DNA from: the human T2T-CHM13v2.0 reference genome, Homo sapiens
NCBI GenBank assembly: GCA_009914755.4
Contig: CP068257.2
Location: 1,088,001-1,152,000, forward strand
Direction of reading: 5' to 3'
Length of the DNA stretch: 64,000 nt
Shown here: positions 15,916 through 34,800 of the stretch, one piece after another
Position numbering within the stretch: the first letter of the stretch is position 1
Layout: every line of letters starts with the position of its first letter
Made by a program: the position numbers and the translations under genes
The notes under the pieces: generated by a model
Seen by the model: only the letters and a program-made list of their open reading frames with translations
Database searches by the model: none
Told to the model about the DNA's origin: nothing

Positions 15916-18900
15916 CCTTGAGAATAGATACAACTCCTGGATGATCAGTTCAGAAATATGTCACAATGGCCCCTCCCTGTGGAGCCTAGAGAAGATTTGA
16001 ATTATTTGGGTGATCTGTGCAGAGATATATCACAAGGTCCCCTGTACAAAAAGCATGGAAATGATTTACATCACCTCGGTGATCAGTGCATAGGTGTGTC
16101 AGAAATCCCCAGTAGGCTGAACCTAGACAAGGGTTACATTACTTAGGTGATCAGTGTAGAGATATGTGAAAATTCCGGTGTAGACAGAGCCTAGACAAGT
16201 GTTACATCAACTAGTGATCAGCGCAGGGATAAGTCGTAAAGCCTCCCATAGGCAGAGTGTAGACAAGTGTTTCCTCCCTGGGGTGATCAGTGTAGAGATA
16301 GGTCACAAAGCCCCTGTAAGCAGAACCTTGACAAAAGTTACATCACCTGTTTGATCAGTGGAAATGTATATCACAAAGCCCCCTGTAGGCAAAGCCCAGA
16401 CAACAGTTACATGACATGGGTGAGCAGTGGAGACATCTGTCACAATGCCCCTCTAGGCAGAGCTTAGACAAGGGTTACATCACCTGAGTGATCAGTGAAG
16501 AGATATGTCAAAACGCTCCTGTAGGCTGAACCTAGACAGGAGTTACATCACCCGGGTGATCAGTGCAGAGATATGTGACAATTCCCGTGTAGGCATAGTC
16601 TACACAAGTGTTACATCACCTAGGTTATCAGTACAGGTATAAGTCATAAAGCCTCCTGTAGGCAGAGCGTAGACAAGAGTTCCCTCCCCAGGGTGATCAG
16701 TGCAGAGATGTGTCACAAAGCCCCTGTAGGCAGAGCCTAGACAAGAGTTTCATCACATGGTTGATCAGTTCAGAGATGTGTCACAATGTCCATGTAGGCA
16801 GATCAAAGACAAGAGTCCATCACATGGGTGATCAGGGCAGAGATATGTACCAATATCCCCTGTAGGCAGTGCCTAGACAAGAGTTGCATCACCTCAGAGA
16901 TCAGTGCATAGATATGTCACAAAGCCTTCTGTAGGCAAAGCCCATACAAGGTTTACATCACCTAGGTGATCAGTGCAGTGATATGCCACACAATTCCCTG
17001 TAGACACAGACTAGACAAGAGTTACATAACCTGGGTGATCCGTACAGATATTTGACACAATGCACCAATAGATAGAGCCTAGACAAGACTTCCATCACAT
17101 GGGTGATCAGTCCAGAGTTATGTCACAAATCCGCCTCTAGGCAGAGTATGTAGAAGAGTCCCATCACCTGGGTGATCAGTGCAGAGATATTTCACAATGC
17201 CCCCTGTGGGCAGAGAGTGGACAAGAGTTACATAAGATAGGTGATCTGTGCAGAGCAATGTCAAAACGCCCCTGTAAGCAGAGCCTAGATAAATGTTACA
17301 TCACCTGGGTGATCAGTGTGGAGATACGTCACAATACCCCCGGTAGGTGGAGTATAGACAAGTGTTACATCACCTTGGTGATCAGTACAGAAATATGTCA
17401 CAAAGCCCCTGTAAGCAGAGCCTAAACAAGAGTAACATCACCTGGGTGATCAGTGCAGAAATATGTCACAAAGCCTCTGTGTGCCGAGCCTAAGCAAGAG
17501 TTACATCTCCTGGGTGATCAGAGCAAAGATATGTCACAAAGCCCCCTGTAGACAAATCCCAGAAAATTGTTGCATCACCTGGGTGATCCATGGAGATATC
17601 TGTCTCAATTCCCCTTTAGGCGCAGTTTAGACAAGCATTACATCACATGAGTGATCAGTGCGGATATATGTCACTTTGCCCCCATAGGCAGATCCAAGAC
17701 AAGAGTCCATCACCAGGGTGATCAGTGAAGAAATATGCCACAACGCCGCCAGTAGGCAGATATAGACAAGAGTTACATCACCTGCGTGATCACTGCAGAG
17801 ATATGTCACAATGCACCTGTAGGCAGAGCCTAGACAAGAGTCCCATCACCTGGGTGATCAGTGCAGAGTTATGTCGCAATACCCCCTTTTGGCAGATCCT
17901 AGACAATGGTTACATCACCTGGGTGATCAGTGAAGAGATGTGTCACAAGCCCCTGTAGCCAGAGCCTAGACATGAGTTACATCAGCTGTGTGATCAGTGC
18001 AGTGACATGTCACAATGTCCCTGTAGCCATATCCTGGACAAAAGTGACATCACCTGGATGATCAGTGTAGAGATATGTCACAATGTCTCCAGTAGGGAGA
18101 GCCTAGACAAGAGTTACATCACCTGGGTGATCCGGGCAGAGATATGTCACAATGCCCCCTGTAAGGAGATCAGAGGCAAGAGTTAAATCACCTCAGTGAT
18201 CAGTGCACAGATATGTCTCAATGCCCCCTGTCAGCGAAGCCTATAGAAGAGTTACATCATCTCGGTGATCAGTGCAGTGATATGTTAAAATGCCCCTGTA
18301 GGCAGAGCCTGGACAAGAGTTACATCACCTGGGTGATCAGTGCAGAGATATCTCCCAATACACCCTGTAAGCAGAGCCTAGACAAGAGTTACATCACCTG
18401 GGTGATCAGTGCAGATATGTCATAAATCCCACTGTAGGCAAAGCCTAGACAAGTTTTACATCACCTAAAGGATCAGTGCAGAGATATGTCCCAATGTCCC
18501 TCTAGGCAGAGCTTAGACAAGAGTCACATCTCCTGGGTGATCAGTGCAGAGATAAGTCACAATGCCCTCATAGGCAGAGGCTAGACAACAGTTACACAAC
18601 ACGGGTGATCCGTGCAGAGTGATGTCACAACGCCCTCTGTAGGCAGAGACTAGAAAAGAGTTACATCACCTGGGTGATCAGTGCAGAAATGTGTCACAAT
18701 GTCCCCTGTAGGCTGAGCATAGAGAAGAGTTGCATCACCTCTGTGATCAGTGCAGAGATATGTCACAATGTCCCCTGTAGGCAGAGCATAGAGAAGAGTT
18801 GCATCACCTGGGTGGTCAGTGAAGAGATATGTCACAATGTCCCAAGTAGGCAAAGCCTAGGCAAGAGTTACATGACCTTTGTCATCAGTTCAGGGATATG

Positions 18901-21900
18901 TGAAAACGCCCCTGTAGGCAGAGCCTGAACAAGTGTTACATCCCCTAGTTGATCAGTGCAGAGATATTTCACAATACACCCTGTAGGCAGATCCTAGACA
19001 AGAGTTGAATCACCTGGGTGATCAGTGCAGAGATATTTCACAATGCCCCCTTTGGGCAGAGGATAAATAAGAGTTACATCACCAAGGTGATCAGTACAGA
19101 GAGTTGTCAAAATTCCCTATAAGCAGTGATTATAAAAGTGTAACATCACCTAAGTGATCAGTTCAGAGATATGTCACCAAGCTCCTGTAGGCAGAACTTA
19201 GGTGAGTTAGGTCACCTGAGTGATCAGTGCAAAGGTATGTCAAAAGCCCCCTGTAGGCAAAGTCTAGACAATAGTTACATCACTTGGGTGATCAGTGGCG
19301 AGATCACTGACAATTCCCCTGTAGGCAGAGCTTATACAACCTTTACATCACCTGGGTGATCAGTGCAGAGATATGTCCCAATGCCCCCATAGGCAGATCC
19401 AAGACAAGAGTCCGTCACCTGGGTGATCAGTGCAGAAATATGTCACAATGCCCCCTTAGGCAGAGCCTAGACAAAAGCCCCATCACGTGGATGATCAGTG
19501 CAGAGATATGTCACAATGCCACTGTAGGCAGAGCCTAGACAAGTGTTACCTGACCTAGGTGATCAGTGCAGAGATACATCGCAATGTCCCTGTAGGCAGA
19601 GCCCTGACAAGTGGTACATCACCTGTGTGATCATTGCAGGGATATGTCACAAAGCACGCTGTAGGCAGATCCTAGAACAGAGTTACATCACTTGGGTGAT
19701 CAGTGCAGAGATATGTCACAATGCCACTGTGGGCAGAGCCTAGACAAGGATTACATGACCTAGGTGGTCAGTACAGAGATACATCCCAATGCCCCTGTAG
19801 ACAGAGCCTTGACAGGTAGTATATCACCTGAGTGATAATTTCAGGGATATGTCACAAAGAACCCTATAGACAGATCCTAGAGAAGAGTTGTATCTCCTGG
19901 GTGATCAGTGCAGAGATATGTCACAATGCCGTGTAGCCGGAGCCTAGACTAAATTTACAGCACCTGGGAGATCAGTGCAGAGACACGTCACAATGTCCCC
20001 AGTAGCCAGAGACCAGGCAAGAGTTGCATCACCTCAGGATCAGTGCAGAGATACGTCTCAATCCCCCAGTGGGCACAGCCTAGACAAGAGTTACATCACC
20101 TCAGTTAAACAGTGCAGGGATACGTCAAAATGCCCCTGTAGGCAGAGCCTACAAAAGTGTTACATCACTTAGATGATCACTGCAGAGATATGTCACAAAA
20201 CCCCCTGTAAGCAGAACCTAGACCAGAGTTACATCACCTGGGTGATCAGTGCAGGGATATGTGAGAATTCCCGTGTAGGCAGAGCCTAGAGAAGAGTTAC
20301 ATCACCTAGGTTATCAGTGCAGGTATAAGTCATAAAGCCTCCTGTACGCAGAGTGCAGACAAGAGTTTCGTCCCCAGGGTGATCAGTGCAGAGATGTGTC
20401 ACAAAGCCCCCGTAGGCAGAGCCTAGACAAGAGTTTCATCACTTGGTTGATCAGTTCAGAGACGTGTCACAATGTCCATGTAGCAGATCTAAGACAAGAG
20501 TCCATCACCTGGGTGATCAGTGCAGAAATATGTACCAATGTCCCCTGTAGGCAGTGCCTAGACAAGAGTTTCATCACCTCACTGATCAGTGCACAGATAT
20601 GTCACAAAGCCTTCTGTAGGCAAAGCCCATACAAGGCTTATATCACCTAGGTGATCATTGCAGTGATTTGTCACAAAATTCCCTGTAGACAGAGCCTAGA
20701 AAAGAGTTAAATCACCTGGGTGATCAGTGCAGATATTTGACACAATGCCCCCATAGACAAAGCCTAGACAAGACTTACATCACCTGGGTGATCAGTGCAG
20801 AGATATGTCACAAATCCTCCTCTAGGCAGAGTATAGAGAAGAGTCCCATCACCTGGGTGATCAGTGCAGAGATATTTCACAATGCTCCCTGTAGGCAGAG
20901 AGTGGAAAAGCGTCACATAACCTAGTAGATCTGTGCAGAGCTATGTCAAAACGCCCCAGTAGGCAGACCCTAGATAAATGTTACATCACCTGGGTGATCA
21001 GTGCAGAGATACGTCACAATACCCCTGTAGGTGGAGCCTAGACAAGAGTTACATCACCTGAGTTATCAGTGCAGAAATATGTCACAAAGCCCATGTAGGT
21101 CGAGACTGGACAAGAGTTACATCTCCTGGGTGATCAGTGCAAAGATATGTCACAAAGCCCCCAGTAGACATATCCCAGAAAATTTTTACATCACCTGGGT
21201 GATCCATGGAGATATCTGTCACAATTCCCCTTTAGGCACAGCTTAGACAAGCGTTACATCACATGAGTGATCAGTGCAGAGATATGTCACTATGACCTCA
21301 TTGGCAGATCCAAGACAAGAGTCCATCACCTGTGTGATCAGTGCAGAAATATGCCACAATGCCGCCAGTAGTCAGATAAAGACAAGAGTTACATCACCTG
21401 CGTGATCACTGCAGATATATGTCACAATGCCCATGTAGGCAGAGCCAATTCAAGAGTCCCATCACCTGGGTGATCAGTGCAGAGATGTGTCACAATCCCC
21501 CTGTAGCCAGAGCATAGACAAGATTTGCAGCAGCTCTGTGAACAGTGCAGTGACATGTCACAATGTCCCTGTAGCAATATCCTTGATAATAGTGACATCA
21601 CCTGGGTGATCAGTGTGGAGATATGTCACAATGTCTCCAGTTGGCAGAACCTAGACAAGAGTTACATCACCTGGGTGATCAGTGCAGAGATCTGTCAGAA
21701 AGCTCCTTTGGGCAGAGCTTAGACCAGAGTTACATCACCTGGGTGATCAGTGCAAGGATATGTCACAAAGCCCCTGTAGGCAGAGCCTAAACAAGAGTTA
21801 CATCACCTGGGTGATCAGTGCAGAAATATGTCACAAAGCCTCTGTAGGCCGAGCCTAGACAAGAGTTACATCTCCTGGGTGATCAGTGCAAAGATATGTC

Positions 21901-24557
21901 ACAAAGCCCCCTGTAGACAAATCTCAGAAAATTGTTACATCACCTGGGTGAACAATGGAGATATCTGTCACAATTCCCCTTTAGGCGCAGCTTAGACAAG
22001 CGTTACATCACATGAGTGATCAGTGCAGAGATATGTCACTATGCCCCCATAGGCAGATCCAAGACAAGAGTCCATCACCTGGGTGATCAGTGCAGAGTTA
22101 TGTCACAATGCCCCTTTTGGGCATAGCCTAGAAAATGGTTCCAACACCTGGGTGATCAGTGCAGAGATGTGTCACAAGACCCCTGTATCCAGAGCCTAGA
22201 CAAGTGTTACATCAGCTGTGTGATCAGTGCAGTGACATGTCACAATGTCTCTCTGGCCATATCCTTGACAAAAGTGAAATCACCTGGGTGATCAGTGCGG
22301 AGATACATCACAATGCCTCCAGTAGGCAGAGCCTAGACAAGTGTTACATCACCTGGGTGATCAGGGCAGAGTTATGTCACAATGCCCCCTGTAAGCAGAT
22401 CCCAGACAAGAGTTGCATCACCTCGGTGATCAGTGCAGAGATATGTCCCAATGCCCCCTGTCGGCGAAGCCTATACAAGAGTACATCATCTCGGTGATCA
22501 GTGCAGTGATATGTGAAAATGCCTTTGTAGGCAGAGCCTACAAAAGAGTTACATCGCCTGAGTGATCAATGCAGAGATTTGTCACAATGCCCCCTGTAGG
22601 CAGAGCATAGAGAATAGTTGCATCACATGGGTGATCAGTACAGAGATATATCACAATGTCCCCTGTAGGCAGAGCATAGAGAAGAGTTGCATCACCTGGG
22701 TGATCAGCGCAGAGACATTTCACAATGTCCCCTGTAGGCAAAGCCTAGGAAAGAGTTGCATCTCCTGGGTTATCAGTGCAGATATATGTCACAATGTCCC
22801 CTGTAGGCAAAGCCTAGGCAAGAGTTACATCACCTTTGTCATCAGTTCAGGGATATGTGAAAACGTCCCTGTAGGCAGAGCTTAGAAAATAGTTACACTA
22901 CCTAGTTGATCAGCGCAGAGATATATCACAATAACCCCTGTAGGCAGATCCTAGACAAGGGTTGAATCACCTGGGTGTTCAGTGCACAGATATTTCACAA
23001 TGCCCCCTTGGGCAGAGGGTAGACAGCAGTTACATCACCTAGGTGATCAGTGCAGAGATTTCTCAAAATTCCCTGTAGGCAGTGCTTATAAAAGTGTTAC
23101 ATCACCTAAGTGATCAGTGCAGAGATATGTCACAAAGCTCCCATAGGCAGAACTTAGATGAGTTACATCACCTGGGTGATCAGTGCAAAGGTATGTCACA
23201 AAGCGCCCTGTAGGCAAAGCCTAGACAATAGTTACATCACTTGGGTGATCAGTGGCGAGATCTCTCACAATTCCCCTGTTGGCAGAGCTTATACAACAAT
23301 TACATCACCTGGGTGATCAGTGCAGAGATATGTCACAGTGACCCCATAGGCACATCCAAGACAAGAGTCCATCACCTGGGTGATCGGTGCAGAAATATGT
23401 CACAATGCCCCCTTAGGCAGAGCCTAGACAAAAACCCCATCACCTGGATGATCAGTGCAGAATTATGTCACAAAGTCCCTTTAGGCAGATCCTAGACAAG
23501 AGTTACATCTCTTGGATGATCAGTGCAGAGATATGTCACAATACCACTGTAGGCAGAGCCGAGACAAGGGTTACATGACCTAGGTGATCACTGCAGAGAT
23601 ACATTGCAATGTTCCTGTAGGCAGAGCCTTGAGAAGTGGTATATCACATGGGTGACCATTGCAGGTGTATGTCACAAAGCACCCTTTAGGCAGATCCTAG
23701 AGAAGAGTTATATCACCTGGGTGATCAGTGCAGAGATATGTCAAAGGCACCCTGTAGGCAGAGCCTAGACAAGAGTTATATCACCTGGGTGATCAGTGCA
23801 GAGATACGTCAAAATGTCCCCAGTAGGCAGAGACCAGGCAAGAGTTGGATCACCTCGGGAGCAGTGCGGAGATATGTCTCAATCCCCCTGTGGGCACAGC
23901 CTACACAAGGGTTACATCACCTCGGGTAACAGTGCAGAGATATGTCACAATACCCCCTGTAAGCACAGCCTAGACAAGAGTTACATCACCTGGGTGATCA
24001 GTGCAGAGATAGGTGACAAGGCCCCTTTAAGCAGAGCCTAGACAATAGTTATATCACCTGAGTGATCAGTGCGGAGATTTGTCACAATGCCCCTTTAGGC
24101 AGAGCTTAACTAGAGTTACATCACCACGGTGATGAGTGCAGAGATATGTCACTAGGCCCCCTATACGCAGAGCCTGGAGAAGGGTTACATCACCTCGGTG
24201 ATTTATGAAGTGATATATCACTATGCCCCATAGGCAGAGCCTAGTCAAGCGTTACATCACCTGGGTAATCAGTGCAGAGTTATGTCGCAAAGCCCCCATA
24301 CACAGAACCTAGACAAGAGTCCCATCACCCGGATGATCAGTGCAGAAATATGTCACAATTCCCCCCATAGGCAGATCCAACACAAGAGTTACATCACCTG
24401 GGTGATCAGTGTAGAGTTATGTCACAATGCCCCCATAGGCAGAGCCTAGACAAAACTCCCATCACGTGGGTAATCAGTGCAGAGATATGTCAAAAAGCCC
24501 CTGTAGGCAGAGCCTAGACAAGTGTTACATCACTTTGTTGATCAGTTCAGAGATGTG
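15916..24557. repeat. Beta-satellite array, block C (~127 monomers)
   Basis: Continuous 68-bp monomers. Contains segments paralogous to block A (e.g. ~18130-24557 vs 1-2809) and to block B (e.g. 16267 vs 5940; 17627 vs 7278). Confidence 0.9.
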
Positions 24558-27325
<2,768 letters not shown>

Positions 27326-27468
27326 TTAGTCAAAGCCTGGAGAATAGTTACATCTCCTGGATGATCAGTTCAGAAATGTGTCACAATGCCCCCTCCCTGC
27401 GGAACTTAGAGAAGATTTGCATTATTTGGGTGATCAGTGCAGAGATATATCACAATGTCCCCTGTACA

Positions 27469-27483
27469 AAAAGCCTGGAAATG
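27469..27483 (+). repeat. Alu 5' target-site duplication (aaaagcctggaaatg)
   Basis: Identical 15-mer immediately 5' of the Alu and again at 27786-27800 after the poly(A). Confidence 0.85.
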
Positions 27484-27875
<392 letters not shown>

Positions 27876-30800
27876 TCACTTAGGTGGTCAGTGTAGAGAT
27901 AGGTGAAAACTCACGTGTAGAGAGAGCCTAGACAAGTGTTACATCACCTAGTGATCAATGCAGGGATAAGTCGTAAACCTTCCTATAGGCAGAGATTAGA
28001 CAAGTGTTTCCTCCCTGGGGTGATCAGTGCACAGATATGTCACAAAGCCCCTGTAGGCAGAACCTTGACAAGTGTTACATCACCTGTTTGATCAGTGGAA
28101 ATGTATATCACAAAGCCCCCTGTAGGCAAAGCCCAGACAATTGTTACATCACCTGGGTGAGCAGTGGAGAGTTCTGTCACAATGCCACTATAGGCAGAGC
28201 TTAGAAAAGGGTTACATCACCTGCGTGATCAGTAAAGAGATATGTCAAAATGCTCCTGTAGGCTGAACCTAGAAAGGAGTTACATCACCCGGGTGATCAG
28301 TGCAGAGATATGTGAGAATTCCCGGGTAGGCAGAGTCTAGACAAGTGTTACCTCAACTAGGTTATCACTGCAGGTATAAGTCATAAAGACTCCTGTAGGC
28401 AGAGCATAGACAAGAGTTCCCTCCCCAGGGTGATCAGTGCATAGATGTGTCACAAAGCCCCAGAAGGCAGAGAATAGACAAGAGTTTCATCACTTGGTTG
28501 ATCAGTTCAGAGATGTGTCACAATGTCCATGTAGGCAGATCTAAGACAAGAGTCCATCACCTGGGTGATCAGTGCAGAGATATTTACCAATGTCCCCTGT
28601 AGGCCGTGCCTAGACAAGAGTTGCATCACGTCAGAGATCAGTGTATAGATATGTCACAAAGCCTCCTGTAGTCAAAGCCCATACATGGCTTACATCACCT
28701 AGGTGATCAGTGCAGTGATATGTCACAAAAATTTCTGTAGACAGAGCCTAGACAAGAGTTACATCACCTGGGTGATCAGTGCAGATATTTGTCAAAATGC
28801 CCCCATAGACAGAGCCTCGAAAAGACTTCCATGACCTTGGTGACCAGTGCAGAGATATGTCAAAAATCCCCTCTAGGCAGAGTATAGAGAAAAGTCCCAT
28901 CACCTGGGTGATCACTGCAGAGATATTTCACAAAGCCCCCTGTAGGCAGAGAGTGGAAAAGAGTAACATAACCGAGGTGATCTGTGCAGAGCTATGTCAA
29001 AACGCCCCTGTAGTCAGATCCTAGATAAATGTTACATCACCTGGCTGATCAGTGCAGAGATACGTCACAATAACCCCAGTAGGTGGAGCCTAGACAACAG
29101 TTACATCACCTGGGTGATGAGTACAGAAATATGTCACAAAGCCCCTGTAGGCCGAGCCTAGACAAGTGTTACATCTCCTGGGTGATCAGTACAAAGATAT
29201 GTCACAAAGCACCCTGTAGACAAATCACACAAAATTTTTACATCAACTGGGAGATCAATGGAGATATCTGACACAATTCCCCTTTAGGTGCAGCTTAGAC
29301 AAGCGTTACATCACATGAGTGATCAGTGCAGAGATATGTCACTATGTCCCCATAGTCAGATCTGACTCAACGCGAGTGGAATGAAATGGAATGTAATGCA
29401 ATGGAACTGAGTGGAATCAACCTGATTGGAATGGAATGGAATGGAATGGCATGGAATCAACCCGAGCGGAAAGGAATGGAATGGAATGGAGTGGAATGGA
29501 ATGTAATGTAATGGAATGGAATGGAATGGAATCAACACGATGGGAATGGAACGGAATGGAATGGGATGGGATGGAATGGAATGGAATGGAACTTAATCAA
29601 CACGAATGGAATGGAACGGAATGTAATGTAATGTAATGGAATGGAATGGAATGGAATGGAATGGAATGAAATGAAAAGGAACGGAATGGAATCAACACGA
29701 GTGGAATGGAATGGAACGGAATGGAATCAACCCGAGTGGAATGAAATGGAATGTAATGCAATGGGATGGGGTGGAATCAACCCGAGTGGAATGGAATGGA
29801 ATGGAATGGAATGGAATGGAATGAAATGGAATGGATCGGAATGGAATCCAATGGAATCAACTGGAATTCAATGGAATGGAATGGAATGGAATAAATCCGG
29901 GTGGAGTGGAATGGAATGTAATGGAGTGGAATGTAGTGGAATTTAGTGGAATGGAATGGAATGGAATGGAATGAAATGGATTGGATTGGAATGGAATCCA
30001 ATGGAATCACCTGGAATGGAATGGAATGGAATGGAATAAATCCGGGTGGAGTGGAATTGAATGTAATGGAGTGGAATGGAATGGAATTTAGTGGAATGGA
30101 ATGTAATGTAATGGAATGGAATGGAATGGAATGGAATCAACCCGAAAGGAAAGGAACGGAATGGAATGGAAAGGAATGGAATGGAATGGAATGGAATGGA
30201 ATGGAATGGAATGGAATGGAATGGAATGCAATGGAAAGGAACGGAATGGAAAGGAATGGAATGGAATGAACCCGAATGGAATGGAATGGATTGGAATGGA
30301 ATGGAATGGAATCAAGCCGAGCGTAAAGGAATGGAATGGAATGGATTGGACTGGAATGTAATGGAATGGAATGAAATGGAATGGAATCAACACGAATGGA
30401 ATGGAACGGAATGGAATGGAAGGGGATGGAATGGAATGGAATGGAAGTTAATCAACACGAATGGAATGGAACGGAATGGACTGGAATGGAATGGAATGAA
30501 CCCGAGTGGAATGGAATGGATTGGAATGGAATGGAATGTAATCAACCCGAGCGGAAAGGAATGGAATGGAATGGAGTAGAATGGAATGTAATGCAATGGA
30601 ATGGAATGGGATGGAATCAACACGAATGGAATGGAACGGAATGGAATGGGATGGGATGGAATGGAATGGAATGGAAGTTAATCAACCCGAATGGAATGGA
30701 ACGGAATGGAATGGAAAGGAAAGGAACGGAATGGAATGGAATGGAATGGAATGGAATGGAATCAACCCGAATGGGATGGAATGGAATGGAATGGAATGGA

Positions 30801-31864
30801 ATGGAATGGAATGGAATGTCATGAAATGGAATGGATCGGAATGGAATCCAATGGAATCAATTGGAATGGAATGGAATGGAATGGAATGGAATAGAATAAA
30901 TCCGGGTGGAGTGGAATGGAATGTAATGGAGTGGAATGTAATGGAATTTAGTGGAATGTAATGGAATGGAATGGCATGGAATGAAATGGATTGGATCGGA
31001 ATAGAATCCAACGGAATCAACTGGAATGGAATGGAATGGAATGGAATGGAATAAATCTGGGTGGAGTGGAATGGAATGTAATGGAGTGGAATGGAATGGA
31101 ATTTAGTGGAATGTAATGGAATGGAATGGAATGGAATGGAATGGAATAGAATGCAATGGAATGGAATGGAATGAAATGGATTGGATCGGAATGGAATTCA
31201 ATGGAATCAACTGGAATGGAATGGAATGAAATGGAATGGTATAAATCCCGGTGGAGTGGAATGGAATGTAATGGAGTGGAATGGAATTGAATTTAGTGGA
31301 ATGGAATGGAATGGAATGGAATGGAATGGAATGGAATGGAATGGAATGGAATGGAATGGAATCAACCCGAATGGAATGGAACGGAATGGAATGGAAAGGG
31401 ATTGAATGGAATGGAATGGAATGGAATGGAATGGAATCAACCCGAATGGGATGGCATCGAATGGAATTGAATGGAATGGAATGGAATGGAGTGGAATGGA
31501 ATGGAATGGAATCATCCCAAGTGTAATGGAATGGAATGGAGTGCAATGGAACCCACCCGAGTGGAATGGAATGGAATGGAATGGAATGGAAAGGAATGGA
31601 ATGGATTGGAATGGAACGGAATGGAGTGGAATGGAATAAACACCAGGGGAATGAAATGCATTGGAATGGAATGGAATGGAATGGAATGGAATGGAATGGA
31701 ATGGAATGAAATCAAACCGAGTGGAATGGAACAGAATGGAATGGAATGGAAAGGAATGAATGGAATGGAATGGTGTGGAATCAACAGGAGAGGAATGGAA
31801 TGGAATGGAATGGAACGGAACGGAATGGAAAGGAATGGAATGGAATCAACCCGAGCGGAAAGGA

Positions 31865-34800
31865 ATGGAATGGAATGGAGTGGAATGTAATGTAATGTAA
31901 TGGAATGGAATGGAATGGAATCAACACGAATGGAATGGAACGGAATGGAATGGGATGGGATGGAATGGAATGGAATGGAAGTTAATCAATACGAATGGAA
32001 TGGAATGGAATGGAATGGAATGGAGTGGAATGAACCCGAATGGAATGGAATGGATTGGTATGGAACGGAATGGAATCAACCCGAGCGGAAAGGAATGGAA
32101 TGGAATGGAGTGGAATGTAATGGAATGGAATGGAATGGAATCAACCCAAGTGCAATGGAATGGAATGGAATGCAATGGAATCCACCCGAGTGGAATGCAA
32201 TGGAATTGAATGGAATGGAATGGAATGGAATGGAATGGAATGGAAAGGAATGGAATGGAGTGGAATGGAACGGAATGGAGTGGAATGGAATAAACACCAG
32301 GGGAATGAAATGGATTGGAATGAAATGGATTGGAATGGAATGGAATGCAATGGAATGGAATGAATGGAATGGAATGGTGTGGAATCAACAGGAGAGGAAT
32401 GGAATGGAATGGAATGGAATGGAACGGAATGGAAAGGAATGGAATGGAATGGAATGGAACGGAATGGAAAGGAATGGAATGGAATCAACCCGAGCGGAAA
32501 GGAATGGAATGGAATGGAGTGGAATGTAATGAAATGTAATGGAATGGAATGGAATGGAATCAACACGAATGGAATGGAACGGAATGGAATGGGAAGGGAT
32601 GGAATGGAATGCAATGGAAGATACCCGAATGGAATGGAATGGATAGGAATGGAATGAAATGGAATCATCCTGAGGGGAAAGGAATGGAATGGAACGGAGT
32701 GGAATGGGATGGGATCGAATGGAATGGAATGGAAGTTAATCAACACGAATGGAATGGAACAGAATGGAAAGGGATGGGATGGAATGGAATGGAATGGAAG
32801 TTAATCAACACGAATGGAATGGAACGGAATGGAATGGAATGGAATGGAATGGAATGGAATGGAATGGAATGGAATGAAATGGAATGAACCCGAATGGAAT
32901 GGAATGGATTGGAATGGAATAGAATGGAATCAACCAGAGCGGAAAGGAATGGAATGGAAAGGAGTGGAATGGAATGTAATGGAATGGAAGGCAATGGAAT
33001 GGAATCAACACGAATGGAATGGAACGGAATGGAATGGGATGGGATGGAATGGAATGGAATGGAAGTTAATCAACACGAATGGAATGGAACGGAATGGAAT
33101 TGAATGGAATGGAATGGAATGAAATGGAATGGAATGGAATGAAATGGAAAGGAACGGAATGGAATCAACACGAGTGGAATGGAATGGAACGGAATGGAAT
33201 CAACCCGAGTGGAATGAAATGGAATGTAATGCAATGGGATGGAGTGGAATCAACCGGAGTGGAATGCAATGGAATGGAATGGAATGAAATGGAATGGATC
33301 GGAATGGAATCGAATGGAATCAACTGGAATGGAATGGAATGGAATGGAATGGAATGGAAAGGAATAAATCCGGGTGGAGTGCAATGGAATGTAATGGAGT
33401 GGAATGGAATGGAATTTAGTGGAATGGAATGTAATGGAATGGAATGGAATGGAATCAACCCGAATGGAATGGAACGGAATGGAATGGAAAGAAATGGAAA
33501 GGAATGGAATAGAATGGAATGGAATGGAATGGAATGGAATCATCCCGAATGGGATGGAATGGAATGGAATGGAATGGAAAGGAATGAAATGCAATGGATC
33601 GGAATGGAATCCAATGGAATCAACTGGAATGGAATGGAATGGAATGGAATGGAAAGGAATGGAATGGAATGGAATGGAATGAATCCGGGTGGAGTGGAAT
33701 GGAATGTAATGGAGTGGAATGTAATGGAATTTAGTGGAATGGAATGGAATGGAATGGAATGGAATGGAATGCAATGAAATGGAATGGATCGGAATGGAAT
33801 CCAAAGGAATCAACTGGAATGGAATGGAATGGAATGGAATGGAATGGAATGGAATAAATCCGGGTGGAGTGGAATGGAATGTAATGGAGTGGAATTTAGT
33901 GGAATGGAAACGAATGGAATGGAATGGAACGGAATGGAATGGAATGGAATGGAATCAACCCGAATGGAATGGAACGGAATGGAATGGAAAGGAATGGAAT
34001 GGAATGGAATGGAATGGAAGGGAATCAACCCGAATGGGATGGCATGGAATGGAATGGAATGGAATGGAATCATCCAAAGTGTAATGGAATGGAATAGAGT
34101 GCAATGGAACCCACCCGAGTGGAATGGAATGGAATGGAATGGAAAGGAATGGAATGGATTGGAATGGAACCGAATGGAGTGGAATGGAATAAACACCAGG
34201 GGAATGAAATAGATTGGAATGAAATGGAATGGAATGGAATGGAATGGAATGAAATCAAACCGAGTGGAATGGAACAGAATGGAATGGAATGGAAAGGAAT
34301 GAATGGAATGGAATGGTGTGGAATCAACAGGAGAGGAATGGAATGGAATGGAATGGAATGGAACGGAATGGAAAGGAATGGAATAGAATGGAATGGAACA
34401 GAACGGAATGGAAAGGAATGGAATGGAATCAACACGAGCGGAAAGGAATGGAATGGATTTGAGTAGAATGTAATGTAATGGAATGGAATGGAATGGAATG
34501 GAATCAACACGAATGGAATGGAATGGAATGGGATGGGATGGAATGGAATGGAATGGAAGTTAATCAACACGAATGGAATGGAATGGAATGGAATGGAATG
34601 AACCCGAATGGAATGGAATGGATTGGAATGGAATGGAATGGAATTAACCCGAGCGGAAAGGAATGGAATGGAATGGAGTGGATTGGAATGGAATGGAATG
34701 GAATGGAATGGAATGGAGTGGAATGGAACGGAATGGAGTGGAATGGAATAAACAACAGGGGTATGAAATGGATTGGAATAAAATGGAATGGAATGGAATG

